Shown here: positions 18,335 to 26,622 of the stretch, one piece after another
How the letters are laid out: the number at the start of each line of letters is the position of its first letter
Position numbering within the stretch: position 1 is the first letter of the stretch
Source: a virus
Lineage: Duplodnaviria; Caudoviricetes
Virus record (IMG/VR): IMGVR_UViG_3300049009_000441
Coordinates: 1-33,345 of that record
Reading direction: 5' to 3' (one strand)
DNA: 33,345 nucleotides
Made by a program: the position numbers and the translations under genes
The notes under the pieces: model-generated
What the model was told of the DNA's origin: nothing
The model's database searches: none
Seen by the model: the letters and a program-made list of their open reading frames with translations, nothing else

Positions 18335-18943
18335 TTATCCGTTCGTTGAATAGCGGCGAGCCTGGACAAAGCGGGAATCCTCCCAAGGTGCGAAGCGCTT
18401 CTTCTTCCGCTCGTTTCCGTCCTTCATCCGGGCCTGGGGAAGGCTCACCCGCTGATACTCAGAAAGCAGCGCCTGCGCCAGTGCGTCATCCTGCCGGATT
18501 GGCAGGGCGATCTTCGATGCAAGCAGCACCACCACCGCGTTGACAAACAGAGCGTCCCATTTGTGCGTCTCCTCATCGTACCCGATGAACCTGACCTTGG
18601 CCTCCTCCGCATCGGTCAGGAGCTTGTCCCCTTCGATTTCCCACGTTTCCCCGAGGGTCCCCGTCACATCCACCCCATTGAGCTCCACAAGGCTCACAAA
18701 GTTGACGGGAAGCTGAAACTGGTAGGCCCACTCGAAGGCAGGCGCCTCAGTCAACCGGGACAGTGCCTCGCGCTTCTTCAGGCAATTCCACTCCCCAGCC
18801 CTCGCCACCTCTCTCACCGCTAACTCGAAGGTCTCCTTACAGACCCGGGCGGACTTCGAGTTTACATCCTCAATGTCCATGACGTGAGGCGACCCGATGC
18901 GGCCGAGCGCCTGATTGCAAATGTTGGTTTTTGTGAGGGCCAT
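18335..18943 (-). CDS. Tail tubular protein A / adaptor (T7 gp11-like)
   Basis: ICNQAL..IG...I...S..A..C...W.C..KR..L...P.FEW.Y.FQLP motif; directly upstream of tubular B. Confidence 0.88.
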   Translation of the reverse strand: MALTKTNICNQALGRIGSPHVMDIEDVNSKSARVCKETFELAVREVARAGEWNCLKKREALSRLTEAPAFEWAYQFQLPVNFVSLVELNGVDVTGTLGETWEIEGDKLLTDAEEAKVRFIGYDEETHKWDALFVNAVVVLLASKIALPIRQDDALAQALLSEYQRVSLPQARMKDGNERKKKRFAPWEDSRFVQARRYSTNG

Positions 18944-18983
18944 AAAATTGATGCCGGATTACCCGCCGGCACGGGGTTTTTAC

Positions 18984-19157
18984 TTAGGAATACCGAGTTT
19001 CGAGAAACGCCCGAACCTCTTCCACCGTCGCCGTGCCGGGAAGATCCACCGCTTCGGTTCCCCGAATGGTTCGATCCCCTTTAACAATCACACAGGAAAC
19101 GCCAAGAATACGCGTTCCGTCTCCCGACAATAGTAAACTTTCAATATTGATATCCAT
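18984..19157 (-). CDS. Small hypothetical protein, 57 aa (below ORF-track cutoff)
   Basis: MDINIESLLLSGDGTRILGVSCVIVKGDRTIRGTEAVDLPGTATVEEVRAFLETRYS*; the ATG lies 1 nt after the upstream stop and the ORF fills the gap. Confidence 0.65.
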   Translation of the reverse strand: MDINIESLLLSGDGTRILGVSCVIVKGDRTIRGTEAVDLPGTATVEEVRAFLETRYS

Positions 19158-19158
19158 T

Positions 19159-20952
19159 TTAGTACGAGTTGAAGCCAGTCGTTTGAAGGAGGATGTTCGC
19201 CCCCGTGGTGCCCGCAGTATAGTTAAGCGCAGCGTTGCCGGTGCCGAACAAAGGAGTCGGATAAGTCACTTGCATCGGAAGCGTCATGCTCGCCGGCACA
19301 GAAATCACATCCAGCGTAGTGCTGCCATCCTGAATCGTCAGCGTGGTCGCGGTCGCATTCGTATTCTGGAATTTGATTGCCGTGATGTTCTGACGGATGC
19401 TCGTACCTTGCGCCGCACGAATCGCCGTTTGAGCATTCGTGGTAACGGTTTGGTTTACTGCAAAATCCAGTTCACGAACGGCAAAGTTCTTCACGATTGC
19501 CTGACCTGAAATCGACTGCGTGAGTCGAACCGCGTCACCGTTGACGATTGAGGAAGCAGGCAAACCAGTGCGGGCCTGACCGCCCACTGATACCGGATTA
19601 CCTGAAGCCGCGGAGTCTTCCGCCGCAGTTCCCACCACGCCGATGCCAGACGAGGCAACCGTCACAATCAAGGTGCCCGAATCTACCACTACACGCTGGC
19701 CATTGCTCGAACCCGTGGCACTCACACCACCAATAAGAACCTTGTTGATTCCGGTCTCTTCCATCGAGAACTTGCCCACAGTCAAACGCGTGGTGGAAGC
19801 CGGTGCCGTAACACCATTAAACACCTGCATAAACAGGTAAACAGGAGTCAACGCATCAATCAGACTCTCCAACCGGCTGGCCCGTGAAGTGAAGAGAATC
19901 GTCGTGGAAGTCGCCGGCGAACTATCGCAAAGAAACTCCGACGTGGTATCCCCCGAGAACTGGATGATGTCACCAGGAGAAGCATCCGTGTTCAGCGTCA
20001 AGGACGTTGCTCCGGAACCCCAGCCACGACGCTGCGAGTCGAACCAGTTCGTAGTCGTTGCGCTGGTTCCGTTCTTCACCAGACTCACGCAATTCCAACC
20101 GAACACCGTTACAGTGCCAGCAGCACTCGGCGTCCACGCCTTGCCGCTCATCGTAAGCGTAAGCGTTCCACTCGTAGCACCAGCATTCAAGCAGGTAAAG
20201 GTTGCGACACCACCGGACGATTGAGTGAGCAGCGAAACCACGCCGTTCACAATCGCCAGCGTATCAGACGACGCCGACACCGTTGCAGACTCCGCAATCG
20301 AGAAGATCGGATTCCCACCCAAGAACGTAATCGTTGCCGTAGTGGTCGACCGTGACCAAGTGCAGGCAAAGACAGGCGAGAACGTCACCACATCACCAGC
20401 AACCGCAGTAATGGCGTAACGACCTGACACAATAACCGCCGCTCCACCACCGCCGCCAAGCATACACGATTGCCCAATGTTCGCATCAGTGAACCCGTGA
20501 CCGGCTGGCAGCGTGATCGAGATAAGCAGTCCCGTTGCATCAGTCGTAAAGGCGCAATTCTCACCGATAAGATCGGCCAAATAGATGCCAAAGTGTTGAT
20601 TCACGATCTTCTGACTCAACTGCACCTTAACCCGTGCAATGTGCCCACCCTTGATCGATTCCACCGAACGCATCAGAAACTCAGCGTTTGCCGTGGTGCC
20701 GGTATCAACGAGCAAATTGCCGTATGCCTGAGCAACCGTCATGCCGCTACCAGTTGGCCCAACCTGCACAGCTTCATCAGCCACCAACCCGGGCCCCGTC
20801 TTGGTAAACGAGCAGTCAACCACATGAGCGTTTTGGGTGATGCCACCCGTTTCACTTAAAACAAGCGCCTTGTAGGAGCCTGGAGAACCGTCCAACTCGC
20901 CGCCAATAATTTGGGGTTTGGTTCCAACCACCTGATTCGAATTCAAACTCAT
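19159..20952 (-). CDS. Thr/Ser/Gly-rich beta-structured virion protein, possible head fibre (597 aa; start corrected to 20952)
   Basis: Composition and position between capsid genes and tail tube A. The upstream track start (20994) lies inside a terminator. Confidence 0.6.
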   Translation of the reverse strand: MSLNSNQVVGTKPQIIGGELDGSPGSYKALVLSETGGITQNAHVVDCSFTKTGPGLVADEAVQVGPTGSGMTVAQAYGNLLVDTGTTANAEFLMRSVESIKGGHIARVKVQLSQKIVNQHFGIYLADLIGENCAFTTDATGLLISITLPAGHGFTDANIGQSCMLGGGGGAAVIVSGRYAITAVAGDVVTFSPVFACTWSRSTTTATITFLGGNPIFSIAESATVSASSDTLAIVNGVVSLLTQSSGGVATFTCLNAGATSGTLTLTMSGKAWTPSAAGTVTVFGWNCVSLVKNGTSATTTNWFDSQRRGWGSGATSLTLNTDASPGDIIQFSGDTTSEFLCDSSPATSTTILFTSRASRLESLIDALTPVYLFMQVFNGVTAPASTTRLTVGKFSMEETGINKVLIGGVSATGSSNGQRVVVDSGTLIVTVASSGIGVVGTAAEDSAASGNPVSVGGQARTGLPASSIVNGDAVRLTQSISGQAIVKNFAVRELDFAVNQTVTTNAQTAIRAAQGTSIRQNITAIKFQNTNATATTLTIQDGSTTLDVISVPASMTLPMQVTYPTPLFGTGNAALNYTAGTTGANILLQTTGFNSY

Positions 20953-20973
20953 AGAGAAATAGTTTTTTTGGTT

Positions 20974-21013
20974 AAATAAAAAGCCCGCCCCCACTCCAAG
21001 AGCGAAGGCGGGC
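20974..21013 (-). terminator. Rho-independent terminator after the capsid genes
   Basis: Minus strand GCCCGCCTTCGCTC-TTG-GAGTGGGGGCGGGC-TTTTTATTT: 14-bp stem with G-U pairs plus U tract. Confidence 0.85.
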
Positions 21014-21041
21014 CAACAACAGAACCCAACGGGCCTTCAGC

Positions 21042-21512
21042 TTAGAAGGCCAAGTAACCGATGCGGAACACCAGCTTCTTGCCTGCCACCGGGGTGACAA
21101 GCGTCACCAAGGTGCCGATGATGATGCTATCCGCGCCGAGAGTGTAGGGAGTCAGGCGGGCCGCCGCGGCGATGGAATCGAAGCGGTCAACGCCGGCCGC
21201 AGCCACATCGAGACCATCCGCATAGCGATCCACGTCAGCCGCCGCACCAACACCGGCCACATCGTCGTCACCCACGTCCAAGGTGGCAGTGCTAGCGATA
21301 CCATCACCCACAACGGTGCAGTGGGAGGGGTCGATGATGCAGCCCTGGGGCAGCTTCACGATGTTGATCTTGTCGCCGGCCGCTTCCGTGCCGAGCATGG
21401 TATAAACCGAGGTAGCAAACATCAGGGTACCCGCTTCACGGATTCCTGCGTTGCGATTGGCCAAGGTGGGATTCGCCTGCTTGGCGTAAATGTCAGAGTT
21501 AAAGGTAGGCAT
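21042..21512 (-). CDS. Capsid-associated (decoration/cement-like) protein
   Basis: 156 aa directly after the MCP; AGD.I...KLP.G..I and TLDVG...DVDRY.DG motifs; codon usage like the MCP gene. Confidence 0.7.
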   Translation of the reverse strand: MPTFNSDIYAKQANPTLANRNAGIREAGTLMFATSVYTMLGTEAAGDKINIVKLPQGCIIDPSHCTVVGDGIASTATLDVGDDDVAGVGAAADVDRYADGLDVAAAGVDRFDSIAAAARLTPYTLGADSIIIGTLVTLVTPVAGKKLVFRIGYLAF

Positions 21513-21561
21513 AAAATTGCTTTCTTATATGAGATTGTTGAGTGAAGAAAAGTCCCAGTGA

Positions 21562-22467
21562 TTACGGGGACTCGTCGCAGTAAACCAGCACCACTTTTTC
21601 CTCTTCGAGACGGGTGGCGCCGAGCATCAGCACCGTGCGAATCTGGACCGTGTGGTTCTGGGTGGGGAGGATGTCGATCTTGACCGACTTCTCCATGCCG
21701 ATGCCAAGGGCGATGCCATCGCGGTGATAGGCGATGCAGGTCCGGATGTCGGTCGCAACATCGAGGGTGATAAGCTCAGTCATCACGCACTCGAAGCCGA
21801 GGAAGCGATTGACCGAACCATCCACCAAGGCCTTCACGTTGTTGTAATCGGAGGACTTGATTTCCACCACGTTGGTGAGGAGATCCTGAAGCTGTTTGGC
21901 GGAATGGACGAAGTAACGGCCCTCGGCATCAACTTCAGCCTTGTCGAGCAGGTACTTGGCGCGGGTCCACTTGGCCAAGGTCATGCCGCTGTTGGCAGCA
22001 ACACCACTGGCAACGTAGTCGACGGCAACCTTCTGGGTGGCGGGAACGTCGACGGCGGTCGTGCCATCCTCACCGATGTAAGCGGTGCCTTCCAGACCGG
22101 CGATAATCACCTCGTCCATGGTGCGCTTGGCGGCCATGGCGTGGGACTGGACGTGCTCGGACTCAGGAGCGGGGAGCTCACCGAGGGCAACGGGGTCCAG
22201 CTGGTCGATCCAGGTGACCTCATCGTAACCCTTGGGGCGCAACCAGCGTTTGGCCATCGGGGAGTCCGAGGCAACGGTGGCGCCGTTACGGGTGGTAATC
22301 AGGCGCATCTTGGACTTGCCAAGCTGGCTGAAGGTGCGGTCTTTGCCTTTTACGGTGACGCGCTTGACCTTGTTTTCGAGGCGGGACTCTTTCTGCTGAA
22401 CCAGGTGTTCCCAGTTGTCAGAAAAGTCGGTTTGAAAGTGCTCGGGGAGCTGAGTGAGGATAGCCAT
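21562..22467 (-). CDS. Major capsid protein (301 aa; start corrected to 22467, MAILTQ)
   Basis: LVQQKESRL, AAKRTMDEVII, SSDYN.VKALVDG....FLGF and LGATRLEEEKVV motifs of BPP-1-like podovirus capsid proteins; follows the scaffold. Confidence 0.92.
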   Translation of the reverse strand: MAILTQLPEHFQTDFSDNWEHLVQQKESRLENKVKRVTVKGKDRTFSQLGKSKMRLITTRNGATVASDSPMAKRWLRPKGYDEVTWIDQLDPVALGELPAPESEHVQSHAMAAKRTMDEVIIAGLEGTAYIGEDGTTAVDVPATQKVAVDYVASGVAANSGMTLAKWTRAKYLLDKAEVDAEGRYFVHSAKQLQDLLTNVVEIKSSDYNNVKALVDGSVNRFLGFECVMTELITLDVATDIRTCIAYHRDGIALGIGMEKSVKIDILPTQNHTVQIRTVLMLGATRLEEEKVVLVYCDESP

Positions 22468-22625
22468 GACGGAGATGCCGGTATTCGGCGGATGATTGGA
22501 TGAATAAAACCCACGCAAACAGGCGTGTGCTGGTCATCGCGTAGGGGTTTCCGGTAGCCGGTGCCAACGCTTCGGACGAATCCGAGGCCGGTTGGTGTCC
22601 CTTGCGGGAGGTCTCCGCCGTGCTC
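22468..22625 (-). ncRNA. Structured 5' leader of the capsid gene (candidate cis-regulatory RNA)
   Basis: TCCC-GCAA-GGGA and TCGGA-TTCG-TCCGA tetraloop hairpins, further stems and a long-range closing helix. Confidence 0.5.
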
Positions 22626-22635
22626 TCTGTCATCG

Positions 22636-22668
22636 GGTATGCACCCCACCAAGGTCTTGTGTCAAGAC
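22636..22668 (-). promoter_or_regulatory. Putative capsid-gene promoter with palindrome over the -35
   Basis: Perfect TTGACA (22665-22660) just after the scaffold terminator, inside GTCTTG-N3-CAAGAC; the -10 is weak (CATACC at 18 bp). Confidence 0.45.
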
Positions 22669-22671
22669 ATG

Positions 22672-22703
22672 AAAAGGGCCGCCCCCATGCCCAGGGACGG
22701 CCC
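22672..22703 (-). terminator. Rho-independent terminator after the scaffold gene
   Basis: Minus strand GGGCCGTCCC...GGGGCGGCCC-TTTT. Confidence 0.7.
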
Positions 22704-22731
22704 AACCATAACCCATTATGACCTGTCAGAC

Positions 22732-23799
22732 TCAGGATTTAGTCTTTTGCTTCGAGTGCCAAGCCTGATTTAGCCGGGACTTTGCCTCAACTGCCTGCGA
22801 GTGCTGGGGATGATCCGCTTCATGGTAGGCCTTGAACATCGGATTGCTGGGGTTGTTCACGATGTCCAGCGCCTTGGCCCGGTCATCCATGCCAGCGTTG
22901 GCGCTGGTTTCCCCGCTGATAAGCCGGTCCTCGCTTATCATGGCGCCGAACTTGGCCGCCAGCATCACCGCCTTGGCATCACCAAACATCGCGTCATTGG
23001 GATCGAGGCCCGCCGTCTTGATTGCCCTCACGGCCAGATCAATGTGCTTTGCCCGCTCCGCCCCGAATGCTTCATCCAAGGCCTTGTTCTGGGCCGTGAC
23101 GTACTCGGCCTGCGCCTTCTCCTGTGCAGCCGCCCCACCGTCTACGGCCTTCTTTGACTGGGTGCTGTTGAAGTCCATCAACTCCTTGGCTGCCGTTGGA
23201 GAAACCCCATGTTTGTGCAGGATTCCAGCGATTCCATCAGCATAACCTTGATCCCAGAACTGCTCAGGAATCGAATCCGGCCGCTTGAACCCGTAACCTT
23301 CCGGCTTCTCAGGGACATTGTTGATTAGGGCCAGCAACTTGGACCGTTCGGCCTTGGCGTCAGGACTGGCATTCTCCGGGAGTGGTGCCAGCGCCTTCTT
23401 GCCGGCAAGGTTGGACATGTTCGCCAGCCCGCCCATCAGTGCCTCCACCGTCTGGTAGCGTGAGAACAGATCCTTGTGGGGCTTCAGGTGCTCGGGGAGC
23501 GCATCGAACTTGGTCGCGTTGATCTTGCCATCAGCGCCGTACAGCCCGACGTGCCAGGCATCGCCTACCGTTGCGGTGCCTGTTCCAGTGGTTGCCGCCG
23601 CTTGGGTGGTGCCGGTAGCACTCCCCGCGGTTGAGCCGGCCGCCTGCCCGGAAGATCCACCGCCAGCGAGAAGCGAGGTTGAAGCGGTTGCAGTAGCAGC
23701 ACCAGAAGCGCCACCAGTAGTAGCGCCACCCGTTCCACCGCCGCCACCGGACCCGCTTTCGCCTGCTTGCTCATAGAGTCGAAAATTTAAGAGTTTCAT
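22732..23799 (-). CDS. Capsid scaffolding protein
   Basis: Low-complexity Gly/Ala/Thr N-terminus, VPEKPEGY, helical middle, Y....HPQH..AV....RL C-terminus; upstream of the MCP. Confidence 0.82.
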   Translation of the reverse strand: MKLLNFRLYEQAGESGSGGGGGTGGATTGGASGAATATASTSLLAGGGSSGQAAGSTAGSATGTTQAAATTGTGTATVGDAWHVGLYGADGKINATKFDALPEHLKPHKDLFSRYQTVEALMGGLANMSNLAGKKALAPLPENASPDAKAERSKLLALINNVPEKPEGYGFKRPDSIPEQFWDQGYADGIAGILHKHGVSPTAAKELMDFNSTQSKKAVDGGAAAQEKAQAEYVTAQNKALDEAFGAERAKHIDLAVRAIKTAGLDPNDAMFGDAKAVMLAAKFGAMISEDRLISGETSANAGMDDRAKALDIVNNPSNPMFKAYHEADHPQHSQAVEAKSRLNQAWHSKQKTKS

Positions 23800-23827
23800 T
23801 GGTTCTGTTGTTGGTTCCTAGAGCCTC

Positions 23828-24367
23828 TTACTTGGAATACTCCGACTCTTCGCCACCCACAAACGTGTTGGCCGCTTCCACCTTCTCCGTGTTGTGGATC
23901 TTGCGCTCGGCAATGACCGCATCCACCTCGTACTGTTGGCTCTCGGGGATGCCAGTCGAAGCATTTAGCACCTTGCGGGTCTTGGTCACGGTGCCCTCAC
24001 CCTTGATCCCGTAGCGGGCCTTGTACTCGGCCGGCTTATATTTGCGATACCACTCCACCACGGCCGGCGTCTTGTCGCCAAAACGCATCTCCTTCTTGGG
24101 CATCGGGGGGATGTTCTCCTTCGGCTTGGCCGCTTCATCGCCTTCAATGACGATCGAGGTCGGCGCGTTGCCGTTCTCATTCAGCCAGCGGACGACGGCC
24201 GGGCGGAACTTGGTCCATTGCTCCAACAGGACCAACTTGCCATCCACCAGGGTGGCAACGTGGATCGTGCCGTCCTTGTCGGTGCGGGTCACTTGGCCAT
24301 CATCGGCAATCGCGTACTCGATGACAGGCGGTTTATCTACGGCTTTAACTGCTTTTTCTGTGCTCAT
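23828..24367 (-). CDS. Hypothetical protein in the head module
   Basis: 179 aa, coding-like composition, ATGA overlap with the upstream gene. Confidence 0.7.
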   Translation of the reverse strand: MSTEKAVKAVDKPPVIEYAIADDGQVTRTDKDGTIHVATLVDGKLVLLEQWTKFRPAVVRWLNENGNAPTSIVIEGDEAAKPKENIPPMPKKEMRFGDKTPAVVEWYRKYKPAEYKARYGIKGEGTVTKTRKVLNASTGIPESQQYEVDAVIAERKIHNTEKVEAANTFVGGEESEYSK

Positions 24368-24651
24368 GTTGTTTTAACGTTGGGTTTCTGTTTCTTGGTC
24401 CCGAGCAACTTCGCCCGGGATACGAGATTTAGGGTGTCGAGGAAGAAGATTCTGCATCCCTCGGCAATTTCCATTTTCTGGGGCTGGACTTCCCCGGTGG
24501 CCAATGGGACAGCCGTCGACCGGAGGAAGTACCCCCGGCGCTCCATGTCCTGCCAGACCAAGGCCTGGGCCGGTGTCCGGTGCTCACTATCGCTCCCGAA
24601 CACCATCCCGTAGGCGAGTGTCAGCTTTTCCTGTGTGGTGGCTTCGCTCAT
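24364..24651 (-). CDS. Small post-portal protein (Bbp19-like)
   Basis: Y..VFG......Q.LV..DM.....F...T...IAEG.R pattern; directly after the portal. Confidence 0.7.
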   Translation of the reverse strand: MSEATTQEKLTLAYGMVFGSDSEHRTPAQALVWQDMERRGYFLRSTAVPLATGEVQPQKMEIAEGCRIFFLDTLNLVSRAKLLGTKKQKPNVKTT

Positions 24652-24654
24652 GGA

Positions 24655-26355
24655 TTATCCGATTAGTTGCTTCTGGATCTTGGGTGAGGCCTGGCTGATG
24701 TCCTTGGCCGCCTTGGCCATCCCCGGCGCCGCCTCGGCCGCCATGGCCTGTTGTTGTGCCTCCGCCTTGGCCTGCCGCATGGAGTCCCGCTTGTCTTCAG
24801 TCATGATCCAGTTGGAGGGAAGACCAGCGTTGCGGGCCGACTCGCGTGCAATCACGTCAAAGTCATAGTTCTCCGCCGCCATCTCCGCCGCTCCCGGGCT
24901 GATTTGGGCCAGCCCACCAAGGATCGACATCACTTGACCAAGGCTTTGATTCTCCGCCGCCTTGATTGCCAGCGCCAGCTTCGAGGTAAGGGTGACTTCA
25001 GGCAGCACCAGCGCCACCTCTCCCGGCCGTTGCTCACGAAGAACAGACGGAGGCGGTTCGGGAAACTTGCCCGCCCGGTGCAGGATGTTGAATACCCGCA
25101 GAAGCATCGGGTTGGTGACCTCCGTTTGCAGGCGGTAGAAGGTGGGGCTGAAGGCCGTGACCTTTTCAGCCAGGCGTTGGCTCACCTCGTAGGCGGTCAT
25201 TTGCCGCTCGATTTGCTGAAGCATTTGAAACAGGTCGACGTGGTAGGCCTCACGAATCGCCTTGTCCTTCATCTCGATTCGCTCCCGGCCGATGTCATAC
25301 CGGCCATTGGTCCCCCACTCCTTGGGCATCGCGTTGGGATTGTTTGGGTCAAACGTCGTGGCGCCGCCTGCGTGAAGATCGATGTCCCCCTCCATCGAGT
25401 CAGGCACCAGGATGCGAGGAAAGGCCGCAATCTCCGCCAGTGCGTCCATGTTCATCTCGATGAAGTTCACCTGCCGAATGGTAGGCAGTGCCTCAATGCT
25501 CGGGCTGTACCCGTAGGGCTGTTGACCCCACTTCAGGAAACGACTCACGGCAATCGGGTCCTCATCATACCCGCTCTCCATCACCACGCACTTGTCATCA
25601 ACCGAGACGTAACAGGAGGCAATCGGCTTGTTCTCCGGGTCCAGCTTCTTGGGATCATACTGCCCGGGCTCACGGGGATGGATCGAGTGGACGAATTTGA
25701 ACTTGTTGTCCTGCTTCTTGGGATCGGCGCAGGCTTTTGAGAGGATAGGGCCCAGGTTCTCCTCCCCGAACTTCTGCTTTGCCTGCCGTGCAGTCAGTTC
25801 GAAGTCCCGCATCAGGGTGTCAACGCGCCCCTCATGGTCTTCCTGAATGGCGAAGGTGCCCACATCGAACTTGTGGAAGGCCAACAGGGAGCGCTTCCCC
25901 TCTTCCAGCAGCAAGGCCGCCGTGCCAAACCCACCGCGGTCAAGCAGTGCCTCATGGATTTCAAGGTTCCAGTTGCTCCGGGCGAGCTCTCGAAGCGCAA
26001 TCTCCGAGCAAGCCTGATAATACATTTTGGCGTCATCGTCCTGAATCTCCGGGGCTGGATCAAAAGAGAACCAGCGACCGCTGAAGAGGTAATCCATTTG
26101 TCCCGAGGCAAGGATTTGATTGGCCCTCACCGCGGTCAGGTTGAACAGGTTGTCCGTGTAACCGTCCACACCCTCCGTCTTGCGCGTGTTAATGGCCGAC
26201 TTGCGGGGCTGAACGTAGTCGGCAATTTGCTGCCATAGCGTGTCCCATGTCCCACGATCCGCTTTAAGGCGGTCATACCGGGAGAGGATTTGCTTGGCCT
26301 CAGAGCTTTCTTTGCCGGGCTTTTCCTTCGGCGTGATGTTGATCGTGGGTTTCAT
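24655..26355 (-). CDS. Portal (head-tail connector) protein, T7 gp8/BPP-1-like
   Basis: R..WD..WQ.IADY..P, L..G.FGTA, YG.SP, MTA.EV.QR..EK motifs; 566 aa. Confidence 0.92.
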   Translation of the reverse strand: MKPTINITPKEKPGKESSEAKQILSRYDRLKADRGTWDTLWQQIADYVQPRKSAINTRKTEGVDGYTDNLFNLTAVRANQILASGQMDYLFSGRWFSFDPAPEIQDDDAKMYYQACSEIALRELARSNWNLEIHEALLDRGGFGTAALLLEEGKRSLLAFHKFDVGTFAIQEDHEGRVDTLMRDFELTARQAKQKFGEENLGPILSKACADPKKQDNKFKFVHSIHPREPGQYDPKKLDPENKPIASCYVSVDDKCVVMESGYDEDPIAVSRFLKWGQQPYGYSPSIEALPTIRQVNFIEMNMDALAEIAAFPRILVPDSMEGDIDLHAGGATTFDPNNPNAMPKEWGTNGRYDIGRERIEMKDKAIREAYHVDLFQMLQQIERQMTAYEVSQRLAEKVTAFSPTFYRLQTEVTNPMLLRVFNILHRAGKFPEPPPSVLREQRPGEVALVLPEVTLTSKLALAIKAAENQSLGQVMSILGGLAQISPGAAEMAAENYDFDVIARESARNAGLPSNWIMTEDKRDSMRQAKAEAQQQAMAAEAAPGMAKAAKDISQASPKIQKQLIG

Positions 26356-26361
26356 GGAGGA

Positions 26362-26622
26362 TTAACCCAGCAGGGACTTGGTTCCGAGTTTATCCGAGGT
26401 GCTTGTGCCGGCCGCACCCGCCAGAAGCGTGGACTTCATGCCCTGCTTCTTACTGGCCGCCAGCCGGGCCTGACGTTCGGCGTCTGCCACATCCGTGGAG
26501 CTCTGTGCCACCGGTGGGACCGCAGGGGGAGGAGTGCCGCTGCCACCGCCGCCACCCTTGAATTGACGTTGAAGCGGGAATGAACCCCGCGAACTCTGAT
26601 GCTCTTGTTGGTATTTTTTCAT
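26362..26622 (-). CDS. Small virion assembly protein (T7 gp7.3-like position; 86 aa; start corrected to 26622)
   Basis: GGGG-Pro-rich segment, KKQGMKSTLL and terminal KSLLG; ATGA overlap. Confidence 0.7.
   Translation of the reverse strand: MKKYQQEHQSSRGSFPLQRQFKGGGGGSGTPPPAVPPVAQSSTDVADAERQARLAASKKQGMKSTLLAGAAGTSTSDKLGTKSLLG

Larger units (their letters stand above)
21013..23814. repeat. 14-bp perfect inverted repeat CCAACAACAGAACC at 21013-21026 and 23801-23814
   Basis: Read directly; both copies are intergenic. Related copies lie at 24378-24401 and 32704-32718. Confidence 0.85.

Noticed and set aside
20953-20994. ORF-track N-terminal extensions (also at 22518, 16040, 26784, 29001, 2546, 462, 911 and 1717)
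   Set aside because: They run through terminators, leaders or upstream genes. The downstream ATGs used instead mostly show stop-start coupling and give family-typical N-termini.
21513-21570. Possible frameshift or read-through fusing the MCP to the downstream protein (T7 10B-like)
   Set aside because: The downstream ATG is in the +1 frame, which has a TAA in the spacer; in-frame read-through does not join it either.
21652-22503. 283-aa plus-strand ORF antisense to the capsid gene (also 24751-25740, 13861-14679, 10274-10969 and 32657-33259)
   Set aside because: These are shadow ORFs expected from GC-rich codon bias on the coding strand. They have no motifs and lie fully opposite well-supported genes.
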